Positions 29,150 through 38,622 are shown, counted from the first letter of the stretch. The stretch: 59,925 nucleotides of DNA from Planctomycetota bacterium (GCA_038227875.1 JBBRPR010000054.1:1-59925); one strand, 5' to 3'. The notes: a model not told the origin generated them from the letters alone. Program-made: numbers and translations.

Positions 29150-31504
29150 TCACGCGACGTAAAGCAGTGTCTGTAATTTGTTCACAGCCTCACGCAGCTT
29201 CTCCGCCCCGCCAAAAATCTGTACAATCTCGACCACATTGCCCAGCTCGGAAATCGGCGGCACCTTTAGCACGTCCGGGATAACAAACTGCGCCGTGCCG
29301 TGGTCGGCATACTTTTCGAGCAACGTTTCCAGTATCGCCTTCGCCTTGGGGCTGAATTGGTCGAAAAAGTCCTTTTTATCGCGCCGGAGCCTTTCTGCCC
29401 GCTCACGACGGGTGCGAAGCGGCGCGTTGTATGCGACATGGCACAGCAAGTCGAACGGGTCCGCGTCCGGCTGCTTGCTCTCTGTTTTCAGGTGGTCGAA
29501 GTCGATGCCGTGGTCTGCCAGCGCCGCGATAAGTTCCGAACGCTTCTCCGGGTCGGACCACTTGGCGCGCAACTCGACGGCGGAAGGATACAGTGTCCGA
29601 ACTTTTTCCGCCGTGTAATCCGTGTACAGGACACAGCGCAACTGCTTGCCATCCGGGTCTACGTCGTAGACAAGGTGGGTGCCAATTTCAACGTGCCCGC
29701 CATCGTAGTAAAATTTGCGGCGCTGTTCCGGTGGGTCGTCACTGACATCGGGCGGATGCGTATCCAAGTCGGGGTACGTTGGCTCGTTGATAACGGGCTG
29801 CTGCGTCGGTCGTCCTGTGTCGTCTATCTGCTCTTCGGTGATTCGGGCCGGGTCGCCGTCGAAATCCGGGTCCGCGAAAAGCTGTGTGGCAGACCCCGTG
29901 TAGTCAAGGATGTTGAAGAAAAGCTTGCCGTAGTCATCACGCACGCGAGTGCCGCGCCCGATGATTTGCTTGAACTCGGTCATGGAATTTACGATTCGCG
30001 CCAGCACGACATTTTTACAAGTCGGCGCATCAACGCCCGTGGTGAGAAGCTGTGATGTTGTGAGAACGACCGGCGTTTGCGTTTCAACGTCTTGAAAGCG
30101 GCTTAAATGCCCCCGTCCAATGTCGCCTTCATCGGCTGTCACCCTGCAAACATAGTCCGGGTATTTCAGCACAAGGTCGGCATTCAAGTTGTTCAAGGCT
30201 TGCCGCATTTCGTCGGCGTGTTCTTGGTCAACGCAAAAGATAATGGTCTTGGCAAAGCGGTCAGTGGCTTTCAGGAACTCCGTAAGATGCCGCGCGAGAG
30301 CCTCTGTGCGAGCCTTGAGCGCCACAAGTCGTTCAAAGTCCCTTGTCTGGTACATGTCATCCGGGATGCTGCGCCCGAAGCGGTCAATATCGCCTTGACT
30401 TGGACGCCAGCCAGCCGCATCCCACGTCGTGACCACCCGATGCACACGGTAGGGCGCAAGGAAGCCATCTTCGATGCCTTGCCGGAGACTGTACGTGTAG
30501 ATTGGATTTCCGAAATACCGATACGTGTCTGCATTGTCGTTGCGTTTTGGAGTTGCAGTCATGCCAAGCTGGAATGCTGGCTCAAAATATTCCAGAATTT
30601 CGCGCCAGTTGCTGTCATCCTTGGCGCTTCCACGATGGCACTCGTCCACCACGATTAAGTCGAAGAAGTCCGGCGCGTATTCCTTGTACAAGCCGGGGCG
30701 GTGTTCGTCCTTCGCAATGGCTTGATATATGGCGAAGTACATTTCACGGCCCTTGTTGATGACGCCGTTCTCAATTTTCCAACGGGCGTCACCAAAGGGG
30801 GTGAACGTCTTGTCTTTCGGGTCATCAACAAGAATGTTCCGGTCGGCCAGATACAGAATCTTGGGGCGGTGGTGGTCGCCCTTTCGACTCCAATGGGCAT
30901 TCCAAAGCTTCCAGCAAATCTGGAAGGCTACCTGTGTCTTGCCGGTTCCCGTTGCCATCGTCAGCAGCACCCGGCGATTCTTTTTTAGAATTGCTTCGAC
31001 GGCGCGGTTGATGGCGATTTCTTGATAGTAGCGTGGCTGCTTTCCGCCAATCAAGCAGTACGGCGAGAGCAACTGTGAAACGCTCTTGTCGTCGGCCAGC
31101 CCTGTCGCAGCCCGGAGCCGCTTCCACAATTCCGTGGGGGTCGGATATGCGTTGACCTTTCGTTCAATCCCGGACGTGTAATCGAATTCAACAACTTCGT
31201 GGCCGTTTGTCGAGTAAGCGAATTTTAGGTCGAGAATTTCCGCATACTCTTTCGCTTGCTGCAAGCCCGCAGTCGGCAATTCGTCTTCGGCCTTGGCTTC
31301 GATGACGCCAATGGGGAAGTCGCGAGTGTACCGCAAGATGTAGTCGGAACGCTTTTGCGGGCGGCGGCGCACTTTGTTGCCGGTGACAATGATGCGTCCG
31401 TCAGTGAACGTGCGCTGTTCCGTGAATGAATGCGGGTCGTTATCCCACCCCGCCGCAATCAGCTTCGGGAGCACCAGTTTGCGGCAAGTGTCGGCTTCGT
31501 TCAT
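29150..31504 (-). CDS. hsdR: Type I RM restriction subunit (EcoAI/EcoEI-like)
   Basis: Nuclease IEAK, ATGTGKT, DECH, TATP, QIIGRGTR, EcoEI-type C-terminus; start at MNEADT. Confidence 0.96.
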   Translation of the reverse strand: MNEADTCRKLVLPKLIAAGWDNDPHSFTEQRTFTDGRIIVTGNKVRRRPQKRSDYILRYTRDFPIGVIEAKAEDELPTAGLQQAKEYAEILDLKFAYSTNGHEVVEFDYTSGIERKVNAYPTPTELWKRLRAATGLADDKSVSQLLSPYCLIGGKQPRYYQEIAINRAVEAILKKNRRVLLTMATGTGKTQVAFQICWKLWNAHWSRKGDHHRPKILYLADRNILVDDPKDKTFTPFGDARWKIENGVINKGREMYFAIYQAIAKDEHRPGLYKEYAPDFFDLIVVDECHRGSAKDDSNWREILEYFEPAFQLGMTATPKRNDNADTYRYFGNPIYTYSLRQGIEDGFLAPYRVHRVVTTWDAAGWRPSQGDIDRFGRSIPDDMYQTRDFERLVALKARTEALARHLTEFLKATDRFAKTIIFCVDQEHADEMRQALNNLNADLVLKYPDYVCRVTADEGDIGRGHLSRFQDVETQTPVVLTTSQLLTTGVDAPTCKNVVLARIVNSMTEFKQIIGRGTRVRDDYGKLFFNILDYTGSATQLFADPDFDGDPARITEEQIDDTGRPTQQPVINEPTYPDLDTHPPDVSDDPPEQRRKFYYDGGHVEIGTHLVYDVDPDGKQLRCVLYTDYTAEKVRTLYPSAVELRAKWSDPEKRSELIAALADHGIDFDHLKTESKQPDADPFDLLCHVAYNAPLRTRRERAERLRRDKKDFFDQFSPKAKAILETLLEKYADHGTAQFVIPDVLKVPPISELGNVVEIVQIFGGAEKLREAVNKLQTLLYVA

Positions 31505-31710
31505 AAGCCCGCCAAAATCGAAACTGGTTGCCTCACAACGACAATGAACATCGCTCAAGAATAGTCACCGCAAATCCTAACAAGAACGTAGGCGTGGGGC
31601 GAGAAGAAGAAGGTGAAAAAATAAGTGATGCGTGTGAGCACTCGACGGTGTAATCTGCAACGGTACGCAAAGTGAGAGGGGGGGTGTGCGGTTGAATTTA
31701 TGTCGTGCTG

Positions 31711-33210
31711 TTATCTTTCAGTCGAAGTGTCGCTTGCGACCAAATTCCCGTAATGTTTTTTTATTGTCTCAACATCATCCCTCAAAACCGATGCTGCCCG
31801 GTCACACCCGTACTTGAGCACCAATTCACGGGCACACGTCCGCCTAAAGGTCCGTGAATCCATCGGTTTGGTGTTACCCAATACGCTCGTTGCGGCCTTG
31901 CGTAGAATTTTTCTAAAAGCATTGGTGAACGTGTAGCCATTACCGCCTTGCTCTGCTTTATCCTCATTGCCGTCAAATATGGGTGGTACTGGCCACAACT
32001 TGTGCTTGCGTTCAAACTCTGTTATTTTTTCTTGAAAACGTGGTTCAATGAATTTTAAATCACAGGGGAAAAGCAAAAAATTATTTTCAGCCAAACGTCT
32101 CTTGATTGCGTCCATTACAGCCTTGTTAAGCTGCACGTATTCCTCTGAGTTGTCTGTTTTCAGACGGCGCACTAGCTGCTTGCCGTCGAAAATGCGTGCT
32201 ATGTGGATTTGGTTCTTGACTAAATCGACTTTGGAACTTTGCAGCAATGGCAATTCCTCTGCTCGCAACCCAAGCTGATACTGAATAGTTGCGGCATCCC
32301 GGAAATACTGTTCAGGTATCGCAGCTATGACTTGTGTGGCTTGTTCCGGTTCCAACCATACCCATTCCGTATTGGTCTCAAGGCGTGCTTGTACTGAAAG
32401 GCTCTTGGTGAGCGTGAACAACCGACGTTCATCAAAATTGCCGTTAGTGCTGTAGCGTAGGAACGTGGCAAGGTTGATGCGTATGCGCCTCTTGGTGTCC
32501 GCACCCACGGGCTTACCGTCCTTCCCATTTTTGCCCTTGCGTCTTAACCCGAAAATGTGCTTGGCAACTTGTTCCGGGGTCACATCCATAATATTTTCGC
32601 CCATCCCAAGTTCATTGCCAAAGCGCTTAAACCAGCCTTTAAGTGCGTCACGCCATGAACTACGGGCACCACACGCCCCACTGTCGAAATAATCCGCTAT
32701 CGCTTGGGAAATGAGCTTTCTTGCCCCATCCTTTATATCCCTCAAGCCCTGTCTCTTGCGTTCAGCCTTGAACAACATGTTTTCGTGCTTGTATTTATCA
32801 CGTTCTTGGATTAGGGCCGGGATTTCCGTGACCTTGTTTACAAGGTCAATAAAAATGCGGCGTGCCTGAATGAACTGCGTTTGGTTCTCCGGAGTGAGTC
32901 CGTTTTTGAGTTGCTTGAAAATAATTGACAGTGCTTGGTCACTTGTCATGTCATCAATTTCTGTGTCCACAGGATTCCAAATTTGTGTGGTCCGTGGATG
33001 CAACCCCGATGGCAATTTATGCCAATGCTCTGTGGGTCCGTAGATGATACCGGAAAGCTCACCGGCTATGCGTTCAGCAATGCCCATGTCTACCGTTTCG
33101 GTGGTAGTGTAGATTTGGCGTTTGGGATGGGTTCTTGGGTCTCTGAAACGAACGTAGAGCATACCGCCCGTGGACTGCTGTTTGATTTCTACGCCCTTGA
33201 ATTTTTTCAT
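31711..33210 (-). CDS. Tyrosine recombinase/integrase
   Basis: GLRAEEL (Arg), RLKT (Lys), RTFRRT, KKHY (Tyr); lies about 100 bp from the att repeat. Confidence 0.88.
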   Translation of the reverse strand: MKKFKGVEIKQQSTGGMLYVRFRDPRTHPKRQIYTTTETVDMGIAERIAGELSGIIYGPTEHWHKLPSGLHPRTTQIWNPVDTEIDDMTSDQALSIIFKQLKNGLTPENQTQFIQARRIFIDLVNKVTEIPALIQERDKYKHENMLFKAERKRQGLRDIKDGARKLISQAIADYFDSGACGARSSWRDALKGWFKRFGNELGMGENIMDVTPEQVAKHIFGLRRKGKNGKDGKPVGADTKRRIRINLATFLRYSTNGNFDERRLFTLTKSLSVQARLETNTEWVWLEPEQATQVIAAIPEQYFRDAATIQYQLGLRAEELPLLQSSKVDLVKNQIHIARIFDGKQLVRRLKTDNSEEYVQLNKAVMDAIKRRLAENNFLLFPCDLKFIEPRFQEKITEFERKHKLWPVPPIFDGNEDKAEQGGNGYTFTNAFRKILRKAATSVLGNTKPMDSRTFRRTCARELVLKYGCDRAASVLRDDVETIKKHYGNLVASDTSTER

Positions 33211-33237
33211 TGTGCAAAACCCTCAAAAAGAGAGCTT

Positions 33238-33314
33238 TGTGATAGTCAAATGTGATAGGATTTCAAGTTGATTTCATGGGTAAAGCTTACAGCGCAAGGC
33301 TTTAACTATCACCA
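33238..33314. repeat. Candidate integrase arm-type sites, right end
   Basis: TGTGATAG at 33238-33245 and 33251-33258 (13-bp period); inverted CTATCAC at 33306-33312. Confidence 0.7.
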
Positions 33315-33316
33315 TT

Positions 33317-33364
33317 TCTTGCACCCCAAGCAAGCGCGCTAATCCAAGCTGCGCCACGCCCCGA
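33317..33364 (-). repeat. Attachment-site repeat: 5' half of tRNA-Pro (through the anticodon arm)
   Basis: Identical to 13202-13249. Confidence 0.95.
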
Positions 33365-33408
33365 CTTTTCTGGACGCGCTCTCGATTCGCACCGAAAACA
33401 CGATTGAG

Positions 33409-33436
33409 ATGGTACGGACTCCGCGTGGAATTGCAA
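33409..33436 (-). promoter_or_regulatory. Putative sigma70 promoter of the original tRNA gene
   Basis: Minus strand TTGCAA-16 nt-TACCAT, about 45 nt upstream of the tRNA 5' fragment. Confidence 0.55.
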
Positions 33437-33579
33437 ATAGGTTCGCGTGTAGAGCGACAGGAGAATGAACGATATTCGGTGGAAAAACCCACTGGCGCGC
33501 TTGCCTCGTCGCAACGTCGCTGTCTCAAAATCACAAACCTCCATTTTGCTTTCCAGAAGTTTGCATTATATTAGTCGCC

Positions 33580-33990
33580 ATGGGTTTCCCGACGCATTAC
33601 ATCAAGAAGCGCGACACGCTCCATGCGGAGAAGTCGTCGCCGGCCACGCTGAGCCAGATTGCGCGCGATTTTTTCGCGGCGGAACGGTTCTCCGATGCAC
33701 TCGATTTTTTCGAGAAGGCGCGCGATACGGCCGGCATTCAACAGATCAAAGACGTCGCCCTCTCGCGCGGCGATACGTTTCTGCTCGCGCGCCTGGATCG
33801 CTTCGACCGCCGCTTGATTTCTGCCGCGGAATGGGAAGCGGCGGCGAAGAAGGCTGAAGCGGAAGGCCGCGCCAGCATGGCCGCCTTTGTCGCGCGCAAG
33901 TTTGCTCCGCCACCGCCCGCCGCGGCTGCGGCTGGAGCGCTGGTCCGGCCTGCGGAATTGCCCGGTGAGGCGCCGCTTTCGGAAGTCTAA
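33580..33990 (+). CDS. Hypothetical helical-repeat protein
   Basis: Host-like GC-rich codon usage; TPR-like DALDFFEKA pattern. Confidence 0.7.
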   Translation: MGFPTHYIKKRDTLHAEKSSPATLSQIARDFFAAERFSDALDFFEKARDTAGIQQIKDVALSRGDTFLLARLDRFDRRLISAAEWEAAAKKAEAEGRASMAAFVARKFAPPPPAAAAAGALVRPAELPGEAPLSEV

Positions 33991-34088
33991 ATCACACCGC
34001 TTTATTACCAGCCCAGCGACACTGTTGAGGGATGCGCGTTCCGGGGTGAACGCTGTGGCGCAACAACGAAAGAAGGAGTTGTACAGCA

Positions 34089-34205
34089 ATGGCAGCGAAG
34101 GAAAAGAACCGACCGTTGAAGAACCGCCGCAACAAGCGTGCGAATCATGGCGTCAAGCCCGGCTGTGGCCAGCCGCGCAGCCAGTTCAAGCGCGCGCGCC
34201 GCTAA
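34089..34205 (+). CDS. Ribosomal protein bL37-like basic peptide (38 aa; absent from the ORF track)
   Basis: MAAKEKNRPLKNRRNKRANHGVKPGCGQPRSQFKRARR; ANHG.KP motif; AAGGAG RBS at 34073-34078. Confidence 0.72.
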   Translation: MAAKEKNRPLKNRRNKRANHGVKPGCGQPRSQFKRARR

Positions 34206-34252
34206 AGTGAGAGGGGACGGAGCTGGGCGGCCGCCCGGCTCCGATCCCTGCT

Positions 34253-34774
34253 ATGAAAACGTCAGCCCTCGAACGGGCTCGCTCGGATCTCGCGGCGGGC
34301 CGTCCCGATCAGGCTCGCGAACGCCTCACGGGCTACCTCTATACGCTGCATCGCTCCGGCCGCTACGATCAGCCCACCTACCTCCTTCTTGGCGATGTCT
34401 ACTTCGAAATGCGCGACTACGCGCGTGCTGGAGCGGCGTGGCTGTTGACGGAGAAGTCCGGACTCGACTTCGAAAAAGCCAGCGCTGCGTTCCATCAACG
34501 TTTCGGCCGTGACTCCGACAGCGTTCTCAAGCAAGTCAAGCCGCACGCGCCGTCGGAAGCATATCCGCCGCTCGTTCAAGAACGTTTGAAAGGCTGGGAT
34601 TACCGCTACCGCCCGTACCGTCCGCGCTCCAATCCGCATGTGCTGACCGAGGAATCCGAAGAAGCTCAGGCAAGCAAAGGCCAACTGCGCCCGGTTGAAT
34701 TGGGATGCGTCGTGGCGGTGGTCATTTTTGCGCTCGCGATTGTCTTCTGGATGATCGCTTCGATTCGACATTGA
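34253..34774 (+). CDS. Hypothetical TPR-like protein with C-terminal TM helix
   Basis: ARERLTGYL...LLGDVYFEMRDYARAGAAW; hydrophobic C-terminus. Confidence 0.7.
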   Translation: MKTSALERARSDLAAGRPDQARERLTGYLYTLHRSGRYDQPTYLLLGDVYFEMRDYARAGAAWLLTEKSGLDFEKASAAFHQRFGRDSDSVLKQVKPHAPSEAYPPLVQERLKGWDYRYRPYRPRSNPHVLTEESEEAQASKGQLRPVELGCVVAVVIFALAIVFWMIASIRH

Positions 34775-34961
34775 TGCTGAATTTCCGATAGTTGAAACTG
34801 GTTCGCAACAAGACTCGGTCGCCGCACATTTTTCCTGAGAAAAATCGAGCTTCCCGTGAAAACGTGCTTTACAACGCGCAAATTCTTGGGCATAAAGTCT
34901 CCATCCACTGGCTACAGTGATTTAAAGGGACTTTCGAAGTTTTCGAGAGAGGAGAGGTAGA

Positions 34962-35285
34962 ATGGCTCACGTCGTTTGTTCACCGTGTGTTGGCACGCAC
35001 GATACTGCTTGCATGAAGGTGTGTCCGGTCAATTGTTTCTACGACGTGGAGTTGGGCGAGCTGGGACTTGCCCCGACGGCTGAAAAGCCGGAACTGACGA
35101 AGATGCTGATCATCAATCCGGACGAATGCATCGACTGCGGTCTGTGCGTCCCCGAATGCCCCGTCGCGGCGATCTTCCCGCTTGACGACGTTCCGGAAAA
35201 CGAAAAGGCGTACAACGACATCAACAAAAACTGGTTCTCCGGCAAGGATCAGGGTGCGCTCGACGCCGCTCGCGTCACCCCTTGA
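34962..35285 (+). CDS. fdxA: FdxA-type dicluster ferredoxin
   Basis: PCVGTHDTACMKVCPVNC and INPDECIDCGLCVPECPV; GGAGAGG RBS. Confidence 0.92.
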   Translation: MAHVVCSPCVGTHDTACMKVCPVNCFYDVELGELGLAPTAEKPELTKMLIINPDECIDCGLCVPECPVAAIFPLDDVPENEKAYNDINKNWFSGKDQGALDAARVTP

Positions 35286-35313
35286 TTTAGCTATCAAAAT
35301 TCGCACGCTTCAG

Positions 35314-35356
35314 ACACCGCACGCATCTGCAGGACGCAGATGCGTGCGGTGTTTTT
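35314..35356 (+). terminator. Intrinsic terminator after the ferredoxin gene
   Basis: 17-bp perfect stem (35314-35330/35336-35352) followed by a T run. Confidence 0.85.
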
Positions 35357-35591
35357 ATCTGAACGGAGATCGACTTCAGACTTGCTGAAGTCGATCTCGT
35401 CGGCAAAGCGTTGTAGTTTTTACTTATGGCCAATTGGCCATATGTTGGCTTTTGAGCACCTGCCAAATTTTTCCTAACTACCATCCCGTGTTGGGTCCGA
35501 AAAATTCCCGCAACGCAACCCTCCTAAACCGCGTCTAATCCTGTAGAGTGCCTGAAGATGGACCGTTACCGGGGCTGGACTGGGAGCTGCG

Positions 35592-38500
35592 ATGAAATCC
35601 GATCCGCTGAGCACTCTTCCCACGCCCCTCTCACCGCCGTCCACCACCCCACCCAAGCTGACAACGCTGCGCGATAAATGGGCGGCGTTTTGGCACAAAG
35701 ATCCCGTCGCTGAACGCCTTGACGCGATCACGATGCGCCAACGGCTGTTCAATCTGCTCGCGGTGCTGATGTTCGCCGGCACGTTCGGTTTGATTTACAT
35801 CAACGTCATGATGAGTCTCGACCGCGCGTTCGAGCTCACGTCCATCACGCGGCAACTGGCGTTGCTCGCGGCGCTCGGCGCCACGGTGGCGGCGGCGATC
35901 CTGCTGTTGCGACGCATGGTTTTCCGGCGGATGGACCCGCTGCTGTACGCCCGCAAGATCGACGAGGCGCTCGGATTTGACGACGACGCGCTGATTACGT
36001 ATTTCGATCTCAGCCGCAAAAAGACGCTGCGCGATAGCGAGACGGAAGTCGTGGGACTCTTGAAAGAACACGCGGCCGAACGTCTCAACGCGATTGATGT
36101 CGATCAGGTCGTCGATGCGCGCTGGCCGGGCCGCCTGTTGCGCGCCATGGGTTTGAGCTTCGGGTTGTTGCTGGTGTTCTACATTGTCTGGGGCGGCTCA
36201 TTTGAAGACTCGTTCTTCCGCTGCATCACGCCGTGGCAGAAGATCGCCCCGCCACGACCGACGCGCATACTCGACGTGCTTCCCGGCAACGGCACCGTTG
36301 TGGCCGGCGAGCCGGTGAAGTTCATCGTTACGGCTCGCGGCAACGCGCTGCCGGAATGGGCGACACTGGTTTACAAGCTCGACGGCGATGCCACGGAATT
36401 GGTGGAGCGCCTGGAACGCACTGAGGCTGGCAAGTACGAACACGTCATCCCTGGCTTCGGTCGCGCGATCTCGTATTCGGTCGTGGTCAATACCGAGTCA
36501 AAAGGTCCGTTCGTACTGAGAGTCGTGGAACGGCCTCTCGTGACCAACGTCAACGCGCGTATCCTTCCGCCCGTTTACGCGCCGTTTGCTCCCGCGCGCG
36601 ACGTGGAAGGCGGGCACGTTCAGGCCATCGTCGGAAGCCGCATTGAAATCACGGCCGTAGCAAACCAGAGCGTCGCCAACGAGCTGGATCCCGGCGCGGT
36701 GAACGCCTGGCTCCAGGTGGGTGTGCGGCGCGTACCGCTGGCGGTTCAAGGGACCACGTTGAAAGGCACGTTGCTCGCCAGCGAAGACACCGAGTACGAA
36801 ATCTGCTACCGCGGCGCCACGGGTTTGACCAGCCGCGAAGGCGTTCACTATAAAGTAAAAACGTTCCCCGATGCGCCGCCCAAGGCGACGCTGCAGCGTG
36901 AAGGCGCGCCCGACGCGCCGGCCGATCCGGGTGCAACGGTCTTTCTGCGCGGTGGCGCGACCGACGATCTGGGTGTGCGCAAGGTTCAACTGAGTGTCAG
37001 CGTTCCCGGCCGAACGACCGGCACGGCACCGCGGATTATCGATCTATCTCCCGCCAACCCGCAGGCCCAGCTTCAGCAGCGCATTCCCGTCGATCTCTCG
37101 GGGCTGAAGCTCAACGACGGCGACATCGTGGAATGTGTGCTTAGCGCGTATGACGTGAAACCGCCGACCGGGCAACTTGGCGCAAGCCCCGTGGTGAAGA
37201 TTCCGATTCTGCGCGGCAGCAAGGATGATTCCGACCATCGCGATAAGGAGATCAAAGACGAGAAGAGCGACGACACGGTGATCAAGTCGCGCGACGAGAC
37301 GAAGCCCGGCGATACAAAGAAGGCTGACGCCTCTGCCACCGATGGACCAAAACCTGACGAGCAGAAAGCGCAGGAGGATCAGGACGCCAAACGCGACCTC
37401 TCGAAGCCTTCGAAAGAGACAGGGAAAACGGTCACGCCGCAGGAACGTGAAGAGATGGCGCGCAAGTTGAAAGAAATGGCCGACCAACTCGCGGAGAAGA
37501 GCAAGCAGGAAAACAAGGACGCCAGCAAGAAGGACAATCCGTCAGAAAGGGACGAGCAGCAACCGTCCAAACCCGGCAGCGATTCAGCCAAGGGCGACCA
37601 GGGGAAATCGGATAAGAATCAGAGCCAGGACGGTAAAGGCGCGGATCAAAGCAACGGAGAGAAAGCGCAAGGACAAGGTGGCGAGGGTGGCCAGGGAAGT
37701 GATGGCGGTCAAGGGCAAGGCCAAGGCAAGAGTAAAGAACAGGGCCAAGGACAGGGTCAGACACAAGGTCAAGGCCAAGGGCAAGAACAAGGCAAGGGTC
37801 AGGGCGAAGGCAAGGGTCAAGGCGAAGGCAAAGGTCAAGGCGAAGGCAAGGGTCAAGGCGAAGGCAAGGGTCAAGGCGAAGGTAAGGGTCAAGGCGAAGG
37901 CAAGGGTCAGGGCGAAGGCAAAGGTCAAGGCGAAGGCAAGGGTCAGGGCGAAGGCAAAGGTCAGGGCGAGGGCAAAGGTCAAGGCGAAGGCAAAGGTCAA
38001 GGCGAAGGCAAGGGTCAGGGTGAAGGCAAGGGTCAGGGCGAAGGTAAGGGTCAAGGCGAAGGCAAAGGTCAGGGCGAAGGCAAGAGTCAGGAATCGGGAA
38101 AGAGTTCCAGCGGCGGCTCACCGGGCCAAGGCGGCGGAAATCCTAATAGCGGATCCGGCGGCTCTCCCACGGCCGGAAAAGGACGCACTCCCAACTCGAA
38201 CAACTCCAGCAAGAATCCCGGCGAAAAGCAGCTCGAAGGCCTGGCCGATGACATCCGCGAGAACAAGATCGACGAACAGACACTCCGAAACATTCGCGAC
38301 ACGCTCGACCATCTTTACGAAAGCGGCCGGAAATTCAGCAGCGAAGACCGCGCGAAGCTCCTCGAGGCTGCAAAGAAAATCGCGCCGGAACATACGCCCA
38401 CTACTGCGGACGAAAGCGATCCGGCCCGCGTCACAAGTCCCGACGGCCGGGCTCGAAAGGAACTGGTGGGACGCTTTGAAAAGTCGAACGTTCAGAATCA

Positions 38501-38615
38501 TACCGGCGAACTGAAAGAGGACGATCAGCGCAAAGCGACCGACTCAGAACAGATTCACGTCGCCCCGGAATACAAAAAGTCCGTCGAGCAATACTACAAA
38601 GCCGTATCACACTGA
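35592..38615 (+). CDS. Large membrane protein (DUF4175-like architecture) with Ig-like domains and a Gly/Gln/Lys/Glu repeat
   Basis: Three N-terminal TM segments, beta-rich domains, ATDDLGV motif, low-complexity region, ends APEYKKSVEQYYKAV. Confidence 0.85.
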   Translation: MKSDPLSTLPTPLSPPSTTPPKLTTLRDKWAAFWHKDPVAERLDAITMRQRLFNLLAVLMFAGTFGLIYINVMMSLDRAFELTSITRQLALLAALGATVAAAILLLRRMVFRRMDPLLYARKIDEALGFDDDALITYFDLSRKKTLRDSETEVVGLLKEHAAERLNAIDVDQVVDARWPGRLLRAMGLSFGLLLVFYIVWGGSFEDSFFRCITPWQKIAPPRPTRILDVLPGNGTVVAGEPVKFIVTARGNALPEWATLVYKLDGDATELVERLERTEAGKYEHVIPGFGRAISYSVVVNTESKGPFVLRVVERPLVTNVNARILPPVYAPFAPARDVEGGHVQAIVGSRIEITAVANQSVANELDPGAVNAWLQVGVRRVPLAVQGTTLKGTLLASEDTEYEICYRGATGLTSREGVHYKVKTFPDAPPKATLQREGAPDAPADPGATVFLRGGATDDLGVRKVQLSVSVPGRTTGTAPRIIDLSPANPQAQLQQRIPVDLSGLKLNDGDIVECVLSAYDVKPPTGQLGASPVVKIPILRGSKDDSDHRDKEIKDEKSDDTVIKSRDETKPGDTKKADASATDGPKPDEQKAQEDQDAKRDLSKPSKETGKTVTPQEREEMARKLKEMADQLAEKSKQENKDASKKDNPSERDEQQPSKPGSDSAKGDQGKSDKNQSQDGKGADQSNGEKAQGQGGEGGQGSDGGQGQGQGKSKEQGQGQGQTQGQGQGQEQGKGQGEGKGQGEGKGQGEGKGQGEGKGQGEGKGQGEGKGQGEGKGQGEGKGQGEGKGQGEGKGQGEGKGQGEGKGQGEGKGQGEGKGQGEGKGQGEGKSQESGKSSSGGSPGQGGGNPNSGSGGSPTAGKGRTPNSNNSSKNPGEKQLEGLADDIRENKIDEQTLRNIRDTLDHLYESGRKFSSEDRAKLLEAAKKIAPEHTPTTADESDPARVTSPDGRARKELVGRFEKSNVQNHTGELKEDDQRKATDSEQIHVAPEYKKSVEQYYKAVSH
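37791..38078 (+). repeat. 16 tandem 18-bp units encoding GKGQGE
   Basis: Units differ only at synonymous positions. Confidence 0.95.
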
Positions 38616-38622
38616 CCGTTTC

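Larger units (their letters stand above)
13202..33364. mobile_element. ~20-kb tRNA-Pro-integrated genomic island (integrative element with defence cargo)
   Basis: 48-bp direct repeat at 13202-13249 and 33317-33364; integrase next to one end; TGTGATAG repeats inside both ends; visibly more AT-rich than the flanks. Confidence 0.93.

Noticed and set aside
13249..33316. Prophage or conjugative ICE
   Set aside because: No capsid, terminase, tail, relaxase or T4SS genes recognisable
33317..33364. Second tRNA-Pro gene
   Set aside because: Lacks the T arm and 3' acceptor strand; it is the att repeat
37432..38514. Repetitive ORFs such as (LTFAFA)n, (KAKARV)n and (LRLDPC)n, and a possible CRISPR reading of the repeat
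   Set aside because: Alternative frames of the GKGQGE repeat; units are contiguous with no spacers and no cas genes are present
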